Part shown: positions 10,129 through 20,120 of the stretch, piece after piece
How positions within the stretch are numbered: the stretch's first letter is position 1
Layout of the letters: every line of letters begins with the position of its first letter
From: Vulcanimicrobiota bacterium
GTDB lineage: Bacteria > Vulcanimicrobiota > Vulcanimicrobiia > Vulcanimicrobiales > Vulcanimicrobiaceae
Direction: 5' to 3'
DNA length: 64,000 nucleotides
Assembly (NCBI GenBank): GCA_963812155.1
Contig: CAWETW010000003.1
Span: 320,001 to 384,000, forward strand
Translations under genes and position numbers: made by a program
The notes under the pieces: generated by a model
The model's input: the letters and a program-made list of their open reading frames with translations, nothing else
Told to the model about the DNA's origin: nothing
Databases searched by the model: none

Positions 10129-11539
10129 CCCTCGATCGATCCGCAGCTCGTCGCATCCTGCGAGCGCGACGAGCAGCGCGCCCTTGCCGAACTCAAGCGG
10201 CTCGATCGCCATACCGTCGGTCTCCGCCGATCCGGAACGACGTCGGTGACGTTCGCGCGCTGTTGCGACCGGTTGTCGAACGCATGCGCGACGTCGGGCT
10301 CGACGCGCGCAAGTGCTCGAGACCGGCGGCAATCCGCTCGCATACGGCGAGTGGCTCGGCGCACCCGGGAAGCCGACGGTGCTCGTCTACGGCCACTACG
10401 ACGTGCAGCCGGTCGATCCGCTCGAGCTGTGGCAGATCGCCGCCGTTCGAAGCGACGCGTGCGCGACGGAAAGATCTTCGGCCGCGGCACGGTCGACGAC
10501 AAGGGCCAAGTGCTGATGCATCTCGCCGCCGATCGAAGCGCACATGCGCGCGCGCGGAGCGCTTGCCGATCAACGTGAAGGTCGTGGTCGAAGGCGAGGA
10601 AGAGATCGGCTCGCCGAACTTCGATGCGGCCGTCGAGCGCTATCGCGAGCGAATTTCGCGGCCGATCGTCGCGGTCATTTCCGACACGGCCGTCTATGCC
10701 GAAGACGTGCCGTCGCTCACGACGTCGCTGCGCGGCCTGGTGCATTGGGAAATTACGGTCGCACGGTCCGGCGCGACGACGCTTCACTCGGGGTACTTCG
10801 GCGGCGTCGTGCGCAATCCGATCGAGGCGCTTGCGGCGATTCGTTACATCGCTCAAAGACGACGACGGACGGGTCACCGTGCCGGGATTCTACGACGGCG
10901 TCCGCGAGCTCGAGGCCGAGCGCACCGCCGAACTTGCGGCGCTCGCGTACGACGAAGCGCGCGAAGCGGCGAAGCTCGGCGTGCCGCGAACTCGCCGGCG
11001 AACGCGGTCGTCTCGCGCTCGAGCGGATGTGGTTTCGCCCGACGCTCGAATGCAACGGAATCTGGGGTGGCTACAGCGGGCCCGGAAGTAAGACGATCGT
11101 GCCGTCGTTTGCGAAGGCGAAGCTCTCGGCGCGGCTCGTCGGCGAGCAAGATCCGCAGCACGTGCGGCGCATCGTGACGGAGTTCGTCGAACGCAACGCG
11201 CCGCCGGCGTGCGCGTGCGCGTGACCGAGCGGGGGTGCGTGCGGCCGATCGTCGTCGAGCGCGACCATCCGGCGGTTGCCGCCGCGGCGCGCGCGATGGA
11301 AGCGGGGTTCGGCAAGCGCGCCGGTCTTCATCGGCACGGGCGGATCGATCGGTCCGGTCGCGACGTTCGACCGCGTGCTTGCGTCTCCCGCAGGTGCTGA
11401 TCGGGCTCGGACTTCCCGACGATCAACATCCACGCGCCCAACGAAAAGTTCTAGCCTCGGGCAGTTCTTCGGCGGCATCAAGACGATCGCGGCGTTCTAC
11501 GACGAACTGGCGAAGACGCTTCCCGCTGCCGATGGCTGA
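10125..11539 (+). pseudogene. M20 family dipeptidase; frameshifted as assembled
   Basis: Fragments [54 protein letters not shown] in different frames. Confidence 0.85.
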
Positions 11540-12294
11540 GCGGACTTCGTTCGACCGAACGGTTCAGCGACCGTGCCGCAGCCTATGCCGCGTCATCGTC
11601 CGTCGTATCCGGCCGGAGGCGATCGATGCCGTGTTCGACGGGCTGGGCGATCCGAGCGGCGCTGGTCGTCGCCGACGTCGGCGCCGGCACCGGAATTTCG
11701 TGCGCGGCTCTTCGCGGATCGCGGCGCAACGGTGTTCGCAATCGAGCCGAACGCCGAAATGCGCCAAGCCGCCGCACCGCACCCGCGCGTGACGTGGCAC
11801 GACGGCACCGCCGAGCGACCGGTCTGGCGCGGCAAGAGCGTCGACGTCGTGGTCGCGTGCCAAGCCTTCCACTGGTTCGCAACGCCTGAAGCGATGCGGG
11901 AGCTCGCGCGGATCGCCCGGCGGCGCATCGCCGTCGTACAATACGAACGCGACGAACGCGATCCGTTTACGAACGCGTACGGCGAGATCGTGCGCCGTAC
12001 GCAACCGACGATACCGAAACGTTGCGCGCGGCGGCCATTGGGGCGTTCGAGCGAACGCACCCGGAGCGCGTGTGGCGATGCGAGTTTCCGGCGCGGCAGA
12101 GCTTGACGATCGACGGCGTGCTCGGGCGCGCCGCGTCCTCGTCGTACGTTCCCCACGACGGACCGGCGCACCAAGCGTTGGAACGGGATTTGCGCGACGC
12201 GTACGCGCGTCACGAACGCGACGGCGCCGTCGCGTTGGCGATGGTGACCTACGTTCTCGGGGCAGATCTCGACGCGGGCACGGAACGGCAGTGA
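11532..12294 (+). pseudogene. Class I SAM-dependent methyltransferase; frameshifted as assembled
   Basis: HRPSYP, VADVGAGTGIS, AIEPNAEM, ACQAFHWF in different frames. Confidence 0.8.
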
Positions 12295-14437
12295 GCGGAC
12301 TGCGCATCGGCATCGACGTCGGCGGCACGTTCACCGACGTCGTTGCGATCGATGCCGGCACGCGCGCGCTTAAGGCGCCGTCAAGGTTCCGACGACGCAC
12401 GCCGCGGCCGACGGCGTCGCCGCCGGGATCGTCGCCGGTATCGAACGGTTGTTCGCAGAGCGCCGGCCTCGCAAGCGAAGACGTCGCGTTCATCGCGCAC
12501 TCGACGACGCAAGCCACCAACGCGCTGCTCGAAGGCGACGTCGCGCGCGTCGGCGTGATCGGGCTGCTGCGCCGCAACGGCTGGCTCGCGCGGCGCCACA
12601 TGCGGTTCGGTGACGTGACGCTGGCGCCGGGTTCGAAACTCGACGCCTCGTTTCGCTTCGCCGCGGCCGGCGACGAGAACGCCGATTCGCAGCGCGGTCG
12701 ACGCCGCCATCGCAGACGGCGTCGCGCGCGATCGCCGCGAGCGAAGCGTTCGGCGTCGATCGTCCGCGCGCGGAGTCGTTGCCGCCGAGTATGCCCGCGA
12801 GTCGCGGCGTCGACGCGACGAGCGGCCACGACGTCAGCTCGACGTACGGCTTGCGCGCGCGCACGCGAACGGCCGCGCTCAACGCGGCGATGCTTCCGGC
12901 GATGGTGCGTACGGCGCGCATGACGCTGGACGCGGTCGAACGCACCGCGATCCCCGCTCCGTTGATGATCATGCGCAGCGACGGCGGCGTGATGGACGTT
13001 CGCGAGATCGAGCGGCGGCCGATTCTGACGCTGCTGTCCGGGCCGGCGGCCGGTGTCGCCGGTGCGCTGCTGTACGAGAATGTCAGCGACGGCATCTTCG
13101 TCGAAGTCGGCGGAACGAGTTCGGATTGCTCGGCGATTCGCGCCGGACGGCCGCAGATGCGGCCGGCGCGCATCGGCGGACATCGCACGATGCTGCACAC
13201 GCTCGACGTCCGCACGATCGGCATCGCCGGCGGAAGCATGGTGCGCCTCGGCAACGGGGGCATTGCCGACGTCGGACCGCGCAGCGCGCACATCGCCGGA
13301 TGCGCGTACGCCTGCTTCACCGATGAAGCGACGATCGCGAACGCACGCCTCGAAACGATCGCGCCGACGCCGCACGATCCCGCCGATTACGTCGCGTTCG
13401 TCGCCGGCGACGGCACGCGCATCGCGTTGACGACGACGTGCGCGGCCAACGCGCTCGGCAATCGTGCCCGAACGGCGCCTTCGCGCGCGGCAACGGTGCG
13501 AGCGCGCTGCGCGCCTTCCGAATGCTCGCGCGAACGAAACGGCGGCGATGCGGCAGTCGCTGGCCCGCGCGGTGCTCGAGATTGCAGCCGCGCAAACTTC
13601 GCGCGATCATCGACGAACTCATCGCCGACTACGACCTCGAGCGAAGGGCACGTCGTCGTCGTCGGCGGAGGCGGCGGCGCGGGTGCGCTCGTCCCGTTCA
13701 CCGCGGAGAGCATGCGCGTGCCGTATCGCATCGCGCGCGACGCGGAAGTGATCTCGCCGGTCGGCGTGGCTCTGGCGCTCGTGCGCGACGTCGTCGAGCG
13801 CACGATCGCGTCGCCGACGCCCAGCGACATCGCGCGCATGCGGCGCGAGGCGACGGATCGCGTCGTCGCAGCGGGCGCCGCGATCGACCGCGTCGAGGTG
13901 ACGGTCGAAATCGATCCGCGGCGCAATCGGGTACGCGCCACTGCATCCGGGGCGACCGCGCTCGCCGACGCCGTCGATGCGACGCCGTGCGACGAGACCG
14001 CCCGCCGCCGGGCGGCGGCGCACTCGCTGCAGTGCGAGCCCGCGGAGTTGGAGCGCGTCGAACTGACGGCGCCGTTGGCCGCCTACCTGCGCCGGCTGCG
14101 AATTCGCCGTTCGTTCGGTCGAGAGCGCGAGATCGCCGATCTGCGCATCGTCGACGAGCGGGGGGTCGTGCGGTTGGCATTGCGCGACGCCGCAATTCTC
14201 GCCACATCGGCCGGCGATGCGGAAAGCGCCGTGCGCGGCGCGGTCGAGCGCGCGACGCGTTTCGGCGACGTCGGGCGGGCGCTCCCGGCGCTGCACCTCG
14301 TCCGGCGGGCGCGCATCGCCACGTTCGACGGATTCGCCGACGCGGAGCAAGCCATCGCGTTGGCGGCGCAAGAACTCGAGGGCTGCGACCCGGACGAGCG
14401 GGTCGCGATTCTAACGACCGCCGCGACGGCAGCGTAA
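12291..14437 (+). pseudogene. Hydantoinase/oxoprolinase A-type ATPase; frameshifted as assembled
   Basis: RIGIDVGGTFTD, HSTTQATNALLEG, MRSDGG, LLSGPAAG, EVGGTSSD, IAGGS. Confidence 0.85.
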
Positions 14438-14454
14438 CCATCGAACGCGGCCCT

Positions 14455-14480
14455 GTTTAGCCGGTGTGAGACTGCGGTAT
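14455..14480 (+). promoter_or_regulatory. SigB/SigF-like promoter
   Basis: GTTTAG-N14-CGGTAT upstream of the 14524 gene. Confidence 0.55.
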
Positions 14481-14523
14481 CAGCGAAATAACGCTGTCTC
14501 GCACAAGGGGGATTCCTCAAGAT

Positions 14524-14913
14524 ATGGCGGCACGCAAAACGTCCTCGGGGCGCAAGAAATCTTCCGGACGCAAGAAATCGGCCGGGCGGAAAACGACCGC
14601 TCGTACCTCGTCGTCCTCGCGGAAGAAGACCGGCGGCCGGAAGAAGTCGTCGAACGGCCGTAAGAATACGTCGAACGGCCGCAAGAAGTCGTCGAACGGC
14701 CGCAAGAAGTCGTCGAACGGACGTAAGAAATCGACGCGGAAGTATTCGCGCAAATCCGGCCGCAAGGTCGAGCGGGCGATGCACGAAATGAAAGAGGGAA
14801 AATTGAAATCGGGTCGCTCCGGCAAAAAGGTCAAGAGCCGGAAGCAGGCGATAGCGATCGGCCTGAGCGAGGCCCGTCGTGAGGGCGATAAAGTTCCGGA
14901 CAAGAAGGGGTAG
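14524..14913 (+). CDS. Lys/Arg/Ser-rich basic protein with C-terminal DUF6496-like domain
   Basis: KVERAMHEMKEGKLKSGRSGKKVKSRKQAIAIGLSEARREG; repeated KKSS(N)GR N-terminal half. Confidence 0.85.
   Translation: MAARKTSSGRKKSSGRKKSAGRKTTARTSSSSRKKTGGRKKSSNGRKNTSNGRKKSSNGRKKSSNGRKKSTRKYSRKSGRKVERAMHEMKEGKLKSGRSGKKVKSRKQAIAIGLSEARREGDKVPDKKG
14641..14724 (+). repeat. Four tandem 21-bp coding repeats (KKSSNGR)
   Basis: aagaagtcgtcgaacggccg(t/c) units at 14641, 14662, 14683 and 14704 with small variations. Confidence 0.9.
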
Positions 14914-14919
14914 CAAGAG

Positions 14920-14948
14920 GTAAGGGGCCGGTCGATCCGGCCCCTTAC
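14920..14948. terminator. Hairpin between convergent genes, probable bidirectional terminator
   Basis: gtaaggggccgg-tcgat-ccggccccttac perfect 12-bp stem. Confidence 0.75.
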
Positions 14949-14955
14949 GTTTACG

Positions 14956-15531
14956 TTATCGCCGAGCCGGCGAGGCCTGTAAGCGCTCTTTTTCAGCGGC
15001 CATCTCTTGGCCGCACTCTTCGAGTTCGTCGCGGCTCATGAACTTGCGCGCGAGTTTGAAGATCGTCGACTCCTCTTCCTTGACGTGGTGTTTCACCGAC
15101 TCGCCGAGCACTTGCAGCTCGGCCTTGAACTTTTCGTCGGGGCCTTTCTCGGATTTGAGCAGCGCCAGCAAGTGTTTGATGACGTCGTGCTCGGTGTAGG
15201 CTTCGAAGACGTCGGTCAACTGTTCGTCGTCCTCGCTACGGTCGCGCAACTCCGGATAGAACAGATCTTCTTCGATCTTCGCGTGCACGGTGAGGGCGTC
15301 GGCCATCGAGCGGGCCAGTTCGCGCAGCCGCTCGTCGCCGGGCTCGCAATCGGGAATTTCGTCGATCATCGCGCCGACCGTTTCGTGGTCGCGGTGCAGT
15401 AAGGAGAGCACGTCGGTGGGTTGCGATCCGCGCTTCGACGCCTGACGCGCGGGCGCTTTGCGCGCGGGTGCTTTCTTTCGGGCCGCCGTCGTCGCGGTTC
15501 GGGTCTTGCCGTTTCGGGAGCGAGTGGGCAT
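14956..15531 (-). CDS. Hemerythrin (HHE) domain protein with basic N-terminal tail
   Basis: LHRDH, HAKIEEDLFYP, EH, HHVKEEESTIF; ARKKAPARKAPAR tail. Confidence 0.85.
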   Translation of the reverse strand: MPTRSRNGKTRTATTAARKKAPARKAPARQASKRGSQPTDVLSLLHRDHETVGAMIDEIPDCEPGDERLRELARSMADALTVHAKIEEDLFYPELRDRSEDDEQLTDVFEAYTEHDVIKHLLALLKSEKGPDEKFKAELQVLGESVKHHVKEEESTIFKLARKFMSRDELEECGQEMAAEKERLQASPARR

Positions 15532-15548
15532 GGTGCGGTGGTTACCTC

Positions 15549-16109
15549 CTAGTGGTGTTTCTTGTCGAAAGCTTTGATGCCGTCGTGAACGGCGTGGATC
15601 GCTTGCTTGCGCGATTTCGTACCCTCGAACTCGATCTTGTTACCCTCGGACTCGGAGTACTCAACGAGATAGCGGCAGATACTCTTGACGGTGTCGGCCG
15701 GCACGTCGTCGATGTCTTTGAAGCCGTCGGTAAATTGCGTCAACCCGTCCTGGCGCATCGGTCGCGCGATGATGCGATCGTTTTCGACGCCGTTCTTTTT
15801 AAGGTTGACGATGCCGAGCACGCGGGCTTGGACGAGACAGCCGGTGAAGGTCGGCTCCGAACCCAGGAAGAGCACGTCGAGCGGGTCGCCGTCGTCGGCG
15901 AGCGTTCGTGGAATAAAGCCGTAGTCGTAGGGCCACAGCAGGCCGTCGGGCAGCAGCAGTTTCTGCTGAAAAAGTCCGAACTCGGAGACGAACGCGTACT
16001 TCTGGCGCTGGTTTCTCGGCGTCTCGACGATCGCGTTTACGACGTCCTTTTCGTCATCGTGGAACGCGGGGATATTGTCGAAGTGCGTAGGATTGATGCG
16101 TTGCTTCAC
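15549..16109 (-). CDS. ppa: Family I inorganic pyrophosphatase
   Basis: WPYDYGFIPRTLADDGDPLDV signature; GTG start at 16109. Confidence 0.85.
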   Translation of the reverse strand: MKQRINPTHFDNIPAFHDDEKDVVNAIVETPRNQRQKYAFVSEFGLFQQKLLLPDGLLWPYDYGFIPRTLADDGDPLDVLFLGSEPTFTGCLVQARVLGIVNLKKNGVENDRIIARPMRQDGLTQFTDGFKDIDDVPADTVKSICRYLVEYSESEGNKIEFEGTKSRKQAIHAVHDGIKAFDKKHH

Positions 16110-16120
16110 TGCCGTGCACG

Positions 16121-16146
16121 GTACCCGGGCGCCAGCCCCGGTAAAC
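16121..16146 (-). promoter_or_regulatory. SigB/SigF-like promoter of ppa-hemerythrin
   Basis: GTTTAC-N14-GGGTAC, 11 nt before the GTG. Confidence 0.6.
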
Positions 16147-16161
16147 GTTCGAACGGGCGAC

Positions 16162-16187
16162 GTTTTGCTCTTCGGAAGCACGGGTAA
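16162..16187 (+). promoter_or_regulatory. SigB/SigF-like promoter of the NRAMP gene
   Basis: GTTTTG-N14-GGGTAA, 10 nt before the GTG. Confidence 0.6.
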
Positions 16188-16197
16188 GCCGAGGGTC

Positions 16198-17502
16198 GTG
16201 AGCGCTCGCGATAACCGCGCTTCGCAACGCAAAGGCGTAGCGGCGCGGCTCTTCGGTTTCTTCAAGGTACTCGGGCCCGGCCTCATCACCGGGGCAGCCG
16301 ACGACGACCCGTCGGGAATCTCCACCTATTCGGTGGCGGGCGCGTCGACGGGCTTTTCGCTGCTCTGGCTGACGCTGATTTCGACGCCGATGATGGCGGT
16401 GATTCAGGGAATGTGCGCCCGGATCGCAATGGTGTCGGGGGTCGGCCTGGCCGCCGTCATGCGCAAGCGGTTACCGCTTGCGGTCGCCTACGCTCTCGCG
16501 ATCGTCGTCGTCGCCGCGAACACGTTCAACGTCGGCGCCGACTTGGGCGGCATGTCGGCGGCACTGGCGATGGTGACGCCGATCCCGGCCGGTGCCGCGG
16601 TCTTCATCTTCGGGATCTTACTGATCGCCGCGCAACTCTGGCTCTCGTATGCGACGATCGCCCGCATCTTCAAATGGCTGACGCTAACGCTGTTCGCCTA
16701 CGTCGTGACGGCGTTCGTCGTCCGGCCGCCCTGGGGCGAGGTGTTGAAGCACTTCGCCGTTCCCCACATCACTTTGAACGGCGCCACGCTCGCGACGATG
16801 GTCGGCGTCCTCGGAACGACCATCACGCCCTACCTCTTCTTTTGGCAAGCGTCGCTGATGGTCGAAGAAGAGAAGACCGAAGGAAAAACGTCGGTGGCGC
16901 AGCGCCGGGGAACCGACGAACCGGCGGTGCGCGCAATGCACGCCGACGTCAACGCCGGCATGATTTTCTCGAACGTCGTCGCCTTTTTCATCATCGTCAC
17001 GACGGCGGCGACGCTCGGGATGCACGGCAGGCACGACATCGCGACGGCGCAACAGGCGGCCGAGGCGCTGCGCCCGCTGGCCGGCAAGTTTGCGGCGCTG
17101 CTTTTTACCCTCGGCATGATCGGGACCGGCGTGTTGGCCGTGCCCGTGCTTGCGGGATCGTCGGCGTACGTCGTCGCCCAGACGTTCAAACTCCGCGAGG
17201 GGTTGAACGAGAAGCCGCAGCGCGCGCCCGAGTTTTATGGCGTCATTGTGGCGGGCATTCTCATCGGCATCGCGATGAATCTCGTCCACATCGACGCGAT
17301 CAAGGCGCTGTTTTGGTCGGCCGTGCTCAATGGCGTGGCGGCCGTGCCCATCATTGCGGTGATCGTCCTGCTCGCGTCGGATGCAAACGTCATGGGCGAA
17401 TGGCGCAGTTCGCCGTTGGCCCGGGTCTGGGGCTGGGCGACGGTCGCTTTGATGGGTGTCGCGACGCTGGCGATGTTCTACTTTTCGGCAAAGGGAACGT
17501 GA
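16198..17502 (+). CDS. NRAMP-family divalent metal transporter
   Basis: LGPGLITGAADDDPSGISTYS, GTTITPYLFFWQ; multi-TM. Confidence 0.9.
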   Translation: MSARDNRASQRKGVAARLFGFFKVLGPGLITGAADDDPSGISTYSVAGASTGFSLLWLTLISTPMMAVIQGMCARIAMVSGVGLAAVMRKRLPLAVAYALAIVVVAANTFNVGADLGGMSAALAMVTPIPAGAAVFIFGILLIAAQLWLSYATIARIFKWLTLTLFAYVVTAFVVRPPWGEVLKHFAVPHITLNGATLATMVGVLGTTITPYLFFWQASLMVEEEKTEGKTSVAQRRGTDEPAVRAMHADVNAGMIFSNVVAFFIIVTTAATLGMHGRHDIATAQQAAEALRPLAGKFAALLFTLGMIGTGVLAVPVLAGSSAYVVAQTFKLREGLNEKPQRAPEFYGVIVAGILIGIAMNLVHIDAIKALFWSAVLNGVAAVPIIAVIVLLASDANVMGEWRSSPLARVWGWATVALMGVATLAMFYFSAKGT

Positions 17503-17504
17503 CT

Positions 17505-17530
17505 GATTCGACCGTTCGCCGTGTGGGTAA
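17505..17530 (+). promoter_or_regulatory. Possible SigB/SigF-like promoter
   Basis: GATTCG-N14-GGGTAA upstream of the 17575 gene. Confidence 0.45.
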
Positions 17531-17574
17531 AGAAGCGCCAACTCGTTCCGTTGGTTTAAATGGAGGCATCCAAC

Positions 17575-17736
17575 ATGGTAGGCATTCTCTGGGCGATCAT
17601 CGTGATCTGCTTCGTTCTGTGGCTCCTCGGTTTTCTGGCGTTCCACATCGGTGGCGGCCTGATCCACATCCTTTTGGTGGTCGCGCTCGTGCTGTTGGTG
17701 GTCAACCTTCTCACGGGCCGAGGCGCGCGCATCTAG
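17575..17736 (+). CDS. Small membrane protein, lmo0937/DUF5670-like (53 aa; not in the ORF track)
   Basis: GGAGG RBS; MVGILWAIIVICFVLWLLGFLAFHIGGGLIHILLVVALVLLVVNLLTGRGARI*. Confidence 0.85.
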   Translation: MVGILWAIIVICFVLWLLGFLAFHIGGGLIHILLVVALVLLVVNLLTGRGARI

Positions 17737-17762
17737 GAAATCGCTAGAGACACGACACGAGT

Positions 17763-18482
17763 CTATTTCCCCCGTGCGGCTTCCCGCTCTTCACGATTCG
17801 GAGCGCCGCAGAGAAGTGAGTGAATGACGACCGCTAAGCCCGCTCCTACGAGCGGGCCGGCGGCATAGATCCACACGAGTCCGAACTGTCCGCAGAGAAT
17901 CTGCGGAGCGATCGATCGTGCGGGATTCATCGATGCGCCGCTGATCGGCCCGGCAAAGAAGCCGCATGCCGCGACCGCAAAACCGACGGCCAGCGCGGCC
18001 TCTTTTCCGACGATCGCCTTCTCTTTGGCGGTCGCGAGAATCACGAGCATCACGATTGCGGTGAGCACGACCTCGCAGACCACGGCAACGAGCGGCGGCA
18101 CCGTCGGGCCGGGGTGGCTCGCCCCGAACGCAATCGCCGATCCAAAGTAGGCGCCCAGCAGTCCCGCGGCTGCGAAGCTTCCGGCAAACTGCGCGGACCA
18201 ATAGAGCGGCAGCATGCGCGCCGAGAAGACGCCCCGCAGCGTAAAGCCGAGCGTAATCGCCGGATCGACGTGCGCGCCCGAGATTTCGGAAAACGCATAG
18301 ATGACGACCGCCGTCGCGAAACCGCGCGCCAACCAGCGGGAGACGTAGTCGACCTGATGCGTCGTGTAGTACAGCACGTCGACGCTCATGGCGGCGAGCG
18401 TCACGACGAACGTCCCGAGGAACTCCGCCCCGATCTTTCGAGCAGCGGACGGCTGGTCGCCGTTCTCTCGATTCTTGGGCAA
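17763..18482 (-). CDS. MIP/aquaporin family channel
   Basis: AEFLGTF, SGAHVDPA (first NPA is DPA), SGASMNPARS. Confidence 0.9.
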   Translation of the reverse strand: MPKNRENGDQPSAARKIGAEFLGTFVVTLAAMSVDVLYYTTHQVDYVSRWLARGFATAVVIYAFSEISGAHVDPAITLGFTLRGVFSARMLPLYWSAQFAGSFAAAGLLGAYFGSAIAFGASHPGPTVPPLVAVVCEVVLTAIVMLVILATAKEKAIVGKEAALAVGFAVAACGFFAGPISGASMNPARSIAPQILCGQFGLVWIYAAGPLVGAGLAVVIHSLLCGAPNREEREAARGK

Positions 18483-18495
18483 CGCTCCTAGGCCA

Positions 18496-20037
18496 CTAGT
18501 TGACCGGCGGCTGCCGCACCGCCAGGCGTTCCGTTTCTTCGAGTGCGACGGTGCTCTTATGCCGGCCGTACGAGTAGTAGAAGATGAGGCCGACGACCAT
18601 CCAGATCAAGAACCAGAGCCACACGATCGGGAAGAAGCCCCAGACCAGTGGATTGCCGACCCGCAGATAGTAGATCAACCCGAGCGCCGTAACTGCCGAC
18701 AGCACCGGGATCACGTACGGACCCAGCGGCAACTTGAACCTGCCGACCGTTTCCGGATGCCGCACGCGCAGAATCGGGACGGCGATGGATACGAGAATGA
18801 AGGCGGCGAGGGTGCCCATGTTCGTGAGCGAGCCCACGATGTTGATCGGCGTGAAAGCCGCAATCAAGGCGATGCAGACGCCGAAGAAGGCGGTCGAGAA
18901 AATCGGCGTTCTCCACGTCTTGTGCACGCGCGTGAACGAGGGCGGAATCAGGCCGTCGCGCGACATCGCGAAGAAGACGCGGCTCTGACCGAACATCATC
19001 ACGAGCAAGACCGTCGTAAGACCGGCAATCGCGCCGAGAGAGATGATGACGCCGGCCCAACTCAGCCCCACGTAGTTCATCGCAAAGGCGACCGGAAACG
19101 CGACGTTGAGTTTGTAGAACGGGACCATGCCGTTGAGGATCGCGACGACGATGATGTAGAGGACCGTGCAGACCAGCAGGCTCGCGATGATGCCGAACGG
19201 CAAATCGCGGCCGGGGTTGCGCGCCTCTTCTGCGGTGGTCGAGACCGCATCGAAGCCGATGTACGCAAAGAAGATGAACGCGGCTCCGCCGAGCATGCCT
19301 TGCCAGCCGAAGGGGAAGTAGCCGCCGAACCCAGCCGGACCGCCTGCCGGCAAGTGATAGTTCGCCCCGTCGATGTGACCTATGCCGACGATGATGAAGA
19401 ACAGCACGATCGCGAGTTTGATCGTGACGATGATCCCGTTGACCGCTCCCGACTCGCGCGTTCCGCGGCAGAGCAGCAACGTGATCAAGATGATGATGCC
19501 GGCAGCGGGAAGATTCGCGTAGCCGGAGACTCCGGCTTGACCGGCGAGTCCCCAGTGCGGACCGTTCGCCCATTCCGGCGGAATGCTGAGCCATCCGAAT
19601 CCGGTCGCAAGCGACGCTTGATGCAGGATGTTCACGAAATACCCGGACCAGCCGATGCTGACGGTTGCGGCGCCGAGCGCGTACTCCAGCACCAAATCCC
19701 AGCCGATGATCCACGCCAAGAACTCGCCGAGCGTCGCGTAGGTGTAGGTGTAGGCGCTGCCGGAGATCGGAATTTTGCTGGAAACTTCCGCATAGCAGAG
19801 CGCCGCCAATGCGCTGACCAGTCCCGCGACGACGAACGAAAGCGTGATGGACGGCCCGGCACGCGTCGCCGACGCTACACCGGTCAAGACGAAAATACCG
19901 GTGCCGATAATCGCGCCGATGCCCATCGCCGTCAGCGCCCAGGGGCCGAGCGAGCGCCTCAGCGCGTGTTCGGATTTCTCGTCGCTACCCTCGGCCAAAA
20001 TGCGCGAGAGCGGTTTGACTCGTTGGAACAGCAGCAT
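18496..20037 (-). CDS. APC-family amino acid permease
   Basis: GAIIGTGIF, CYAE, GSAYTY, FFAYIGFD, EEARNPGRDLP. Confidence 0.9.
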   Translation of the reverse strand: MLLFQRVKPLSRILAEGSDEKSEHALRRSLGPWALTAMGIGAIIGTGIFVLTGVASATRAGPSITLSFVVAGLVSALAALCYAEVSSKIPISGSAYTYTYATLGEFLAWIIGWDLVLEYALGAATVSIGWSGYFVNILHQASLATGFGWLSIPPEWANGPHWGLAGQAGVSGYANLPAAGIIILITLLLCRGTRESGAVNGIIVTIKLAIVLFFIIVGIGHIDGANYHLPAGGPAGFGGYFPFGWQGMLGGAAFIFFAYIGFDAVSTTAEEARNPGRDLPFGIIASLLVCTVLYIIVVAILNGMVPFYKLNVAFPVAFAMNYVGLSWAGVIISLGAIAGLTTVLLVMMFGQSRVFFAMSRDGLIPPSFTRVHKTWRTPIFSTAFFGVCIALIAAFTPINIVGSLTNMGTLAAFILVSIAVPILRVRHPETVGRFKLPLGPYVIPVLSAVTALGLIYYLRVGNPLVWGFFPIVWLWFLIWMVVGLIFYYSYGRHKSTVALEETERLAVRQPPVN

Positions 20038-20120
20038 CGCTCCGGAATACACCCTTCGCGTCCGACTCCCTGGTCGGTCGTCCCAGGCGGGGGCCTGCGT
20101 CCGGCGAATTCGCTGACGCG

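Noticed and set aside
9180..13650. Programmed frameshifting or phase variation
   Set aside because: Too many shifts, no slippery or homopolymer tracts recognised; error pattern more likely
14641..14724. Tandem 21-bp repeats as a CRISPR array
   Set aside because: No spacers, in-frame coding repeats, no cas genes
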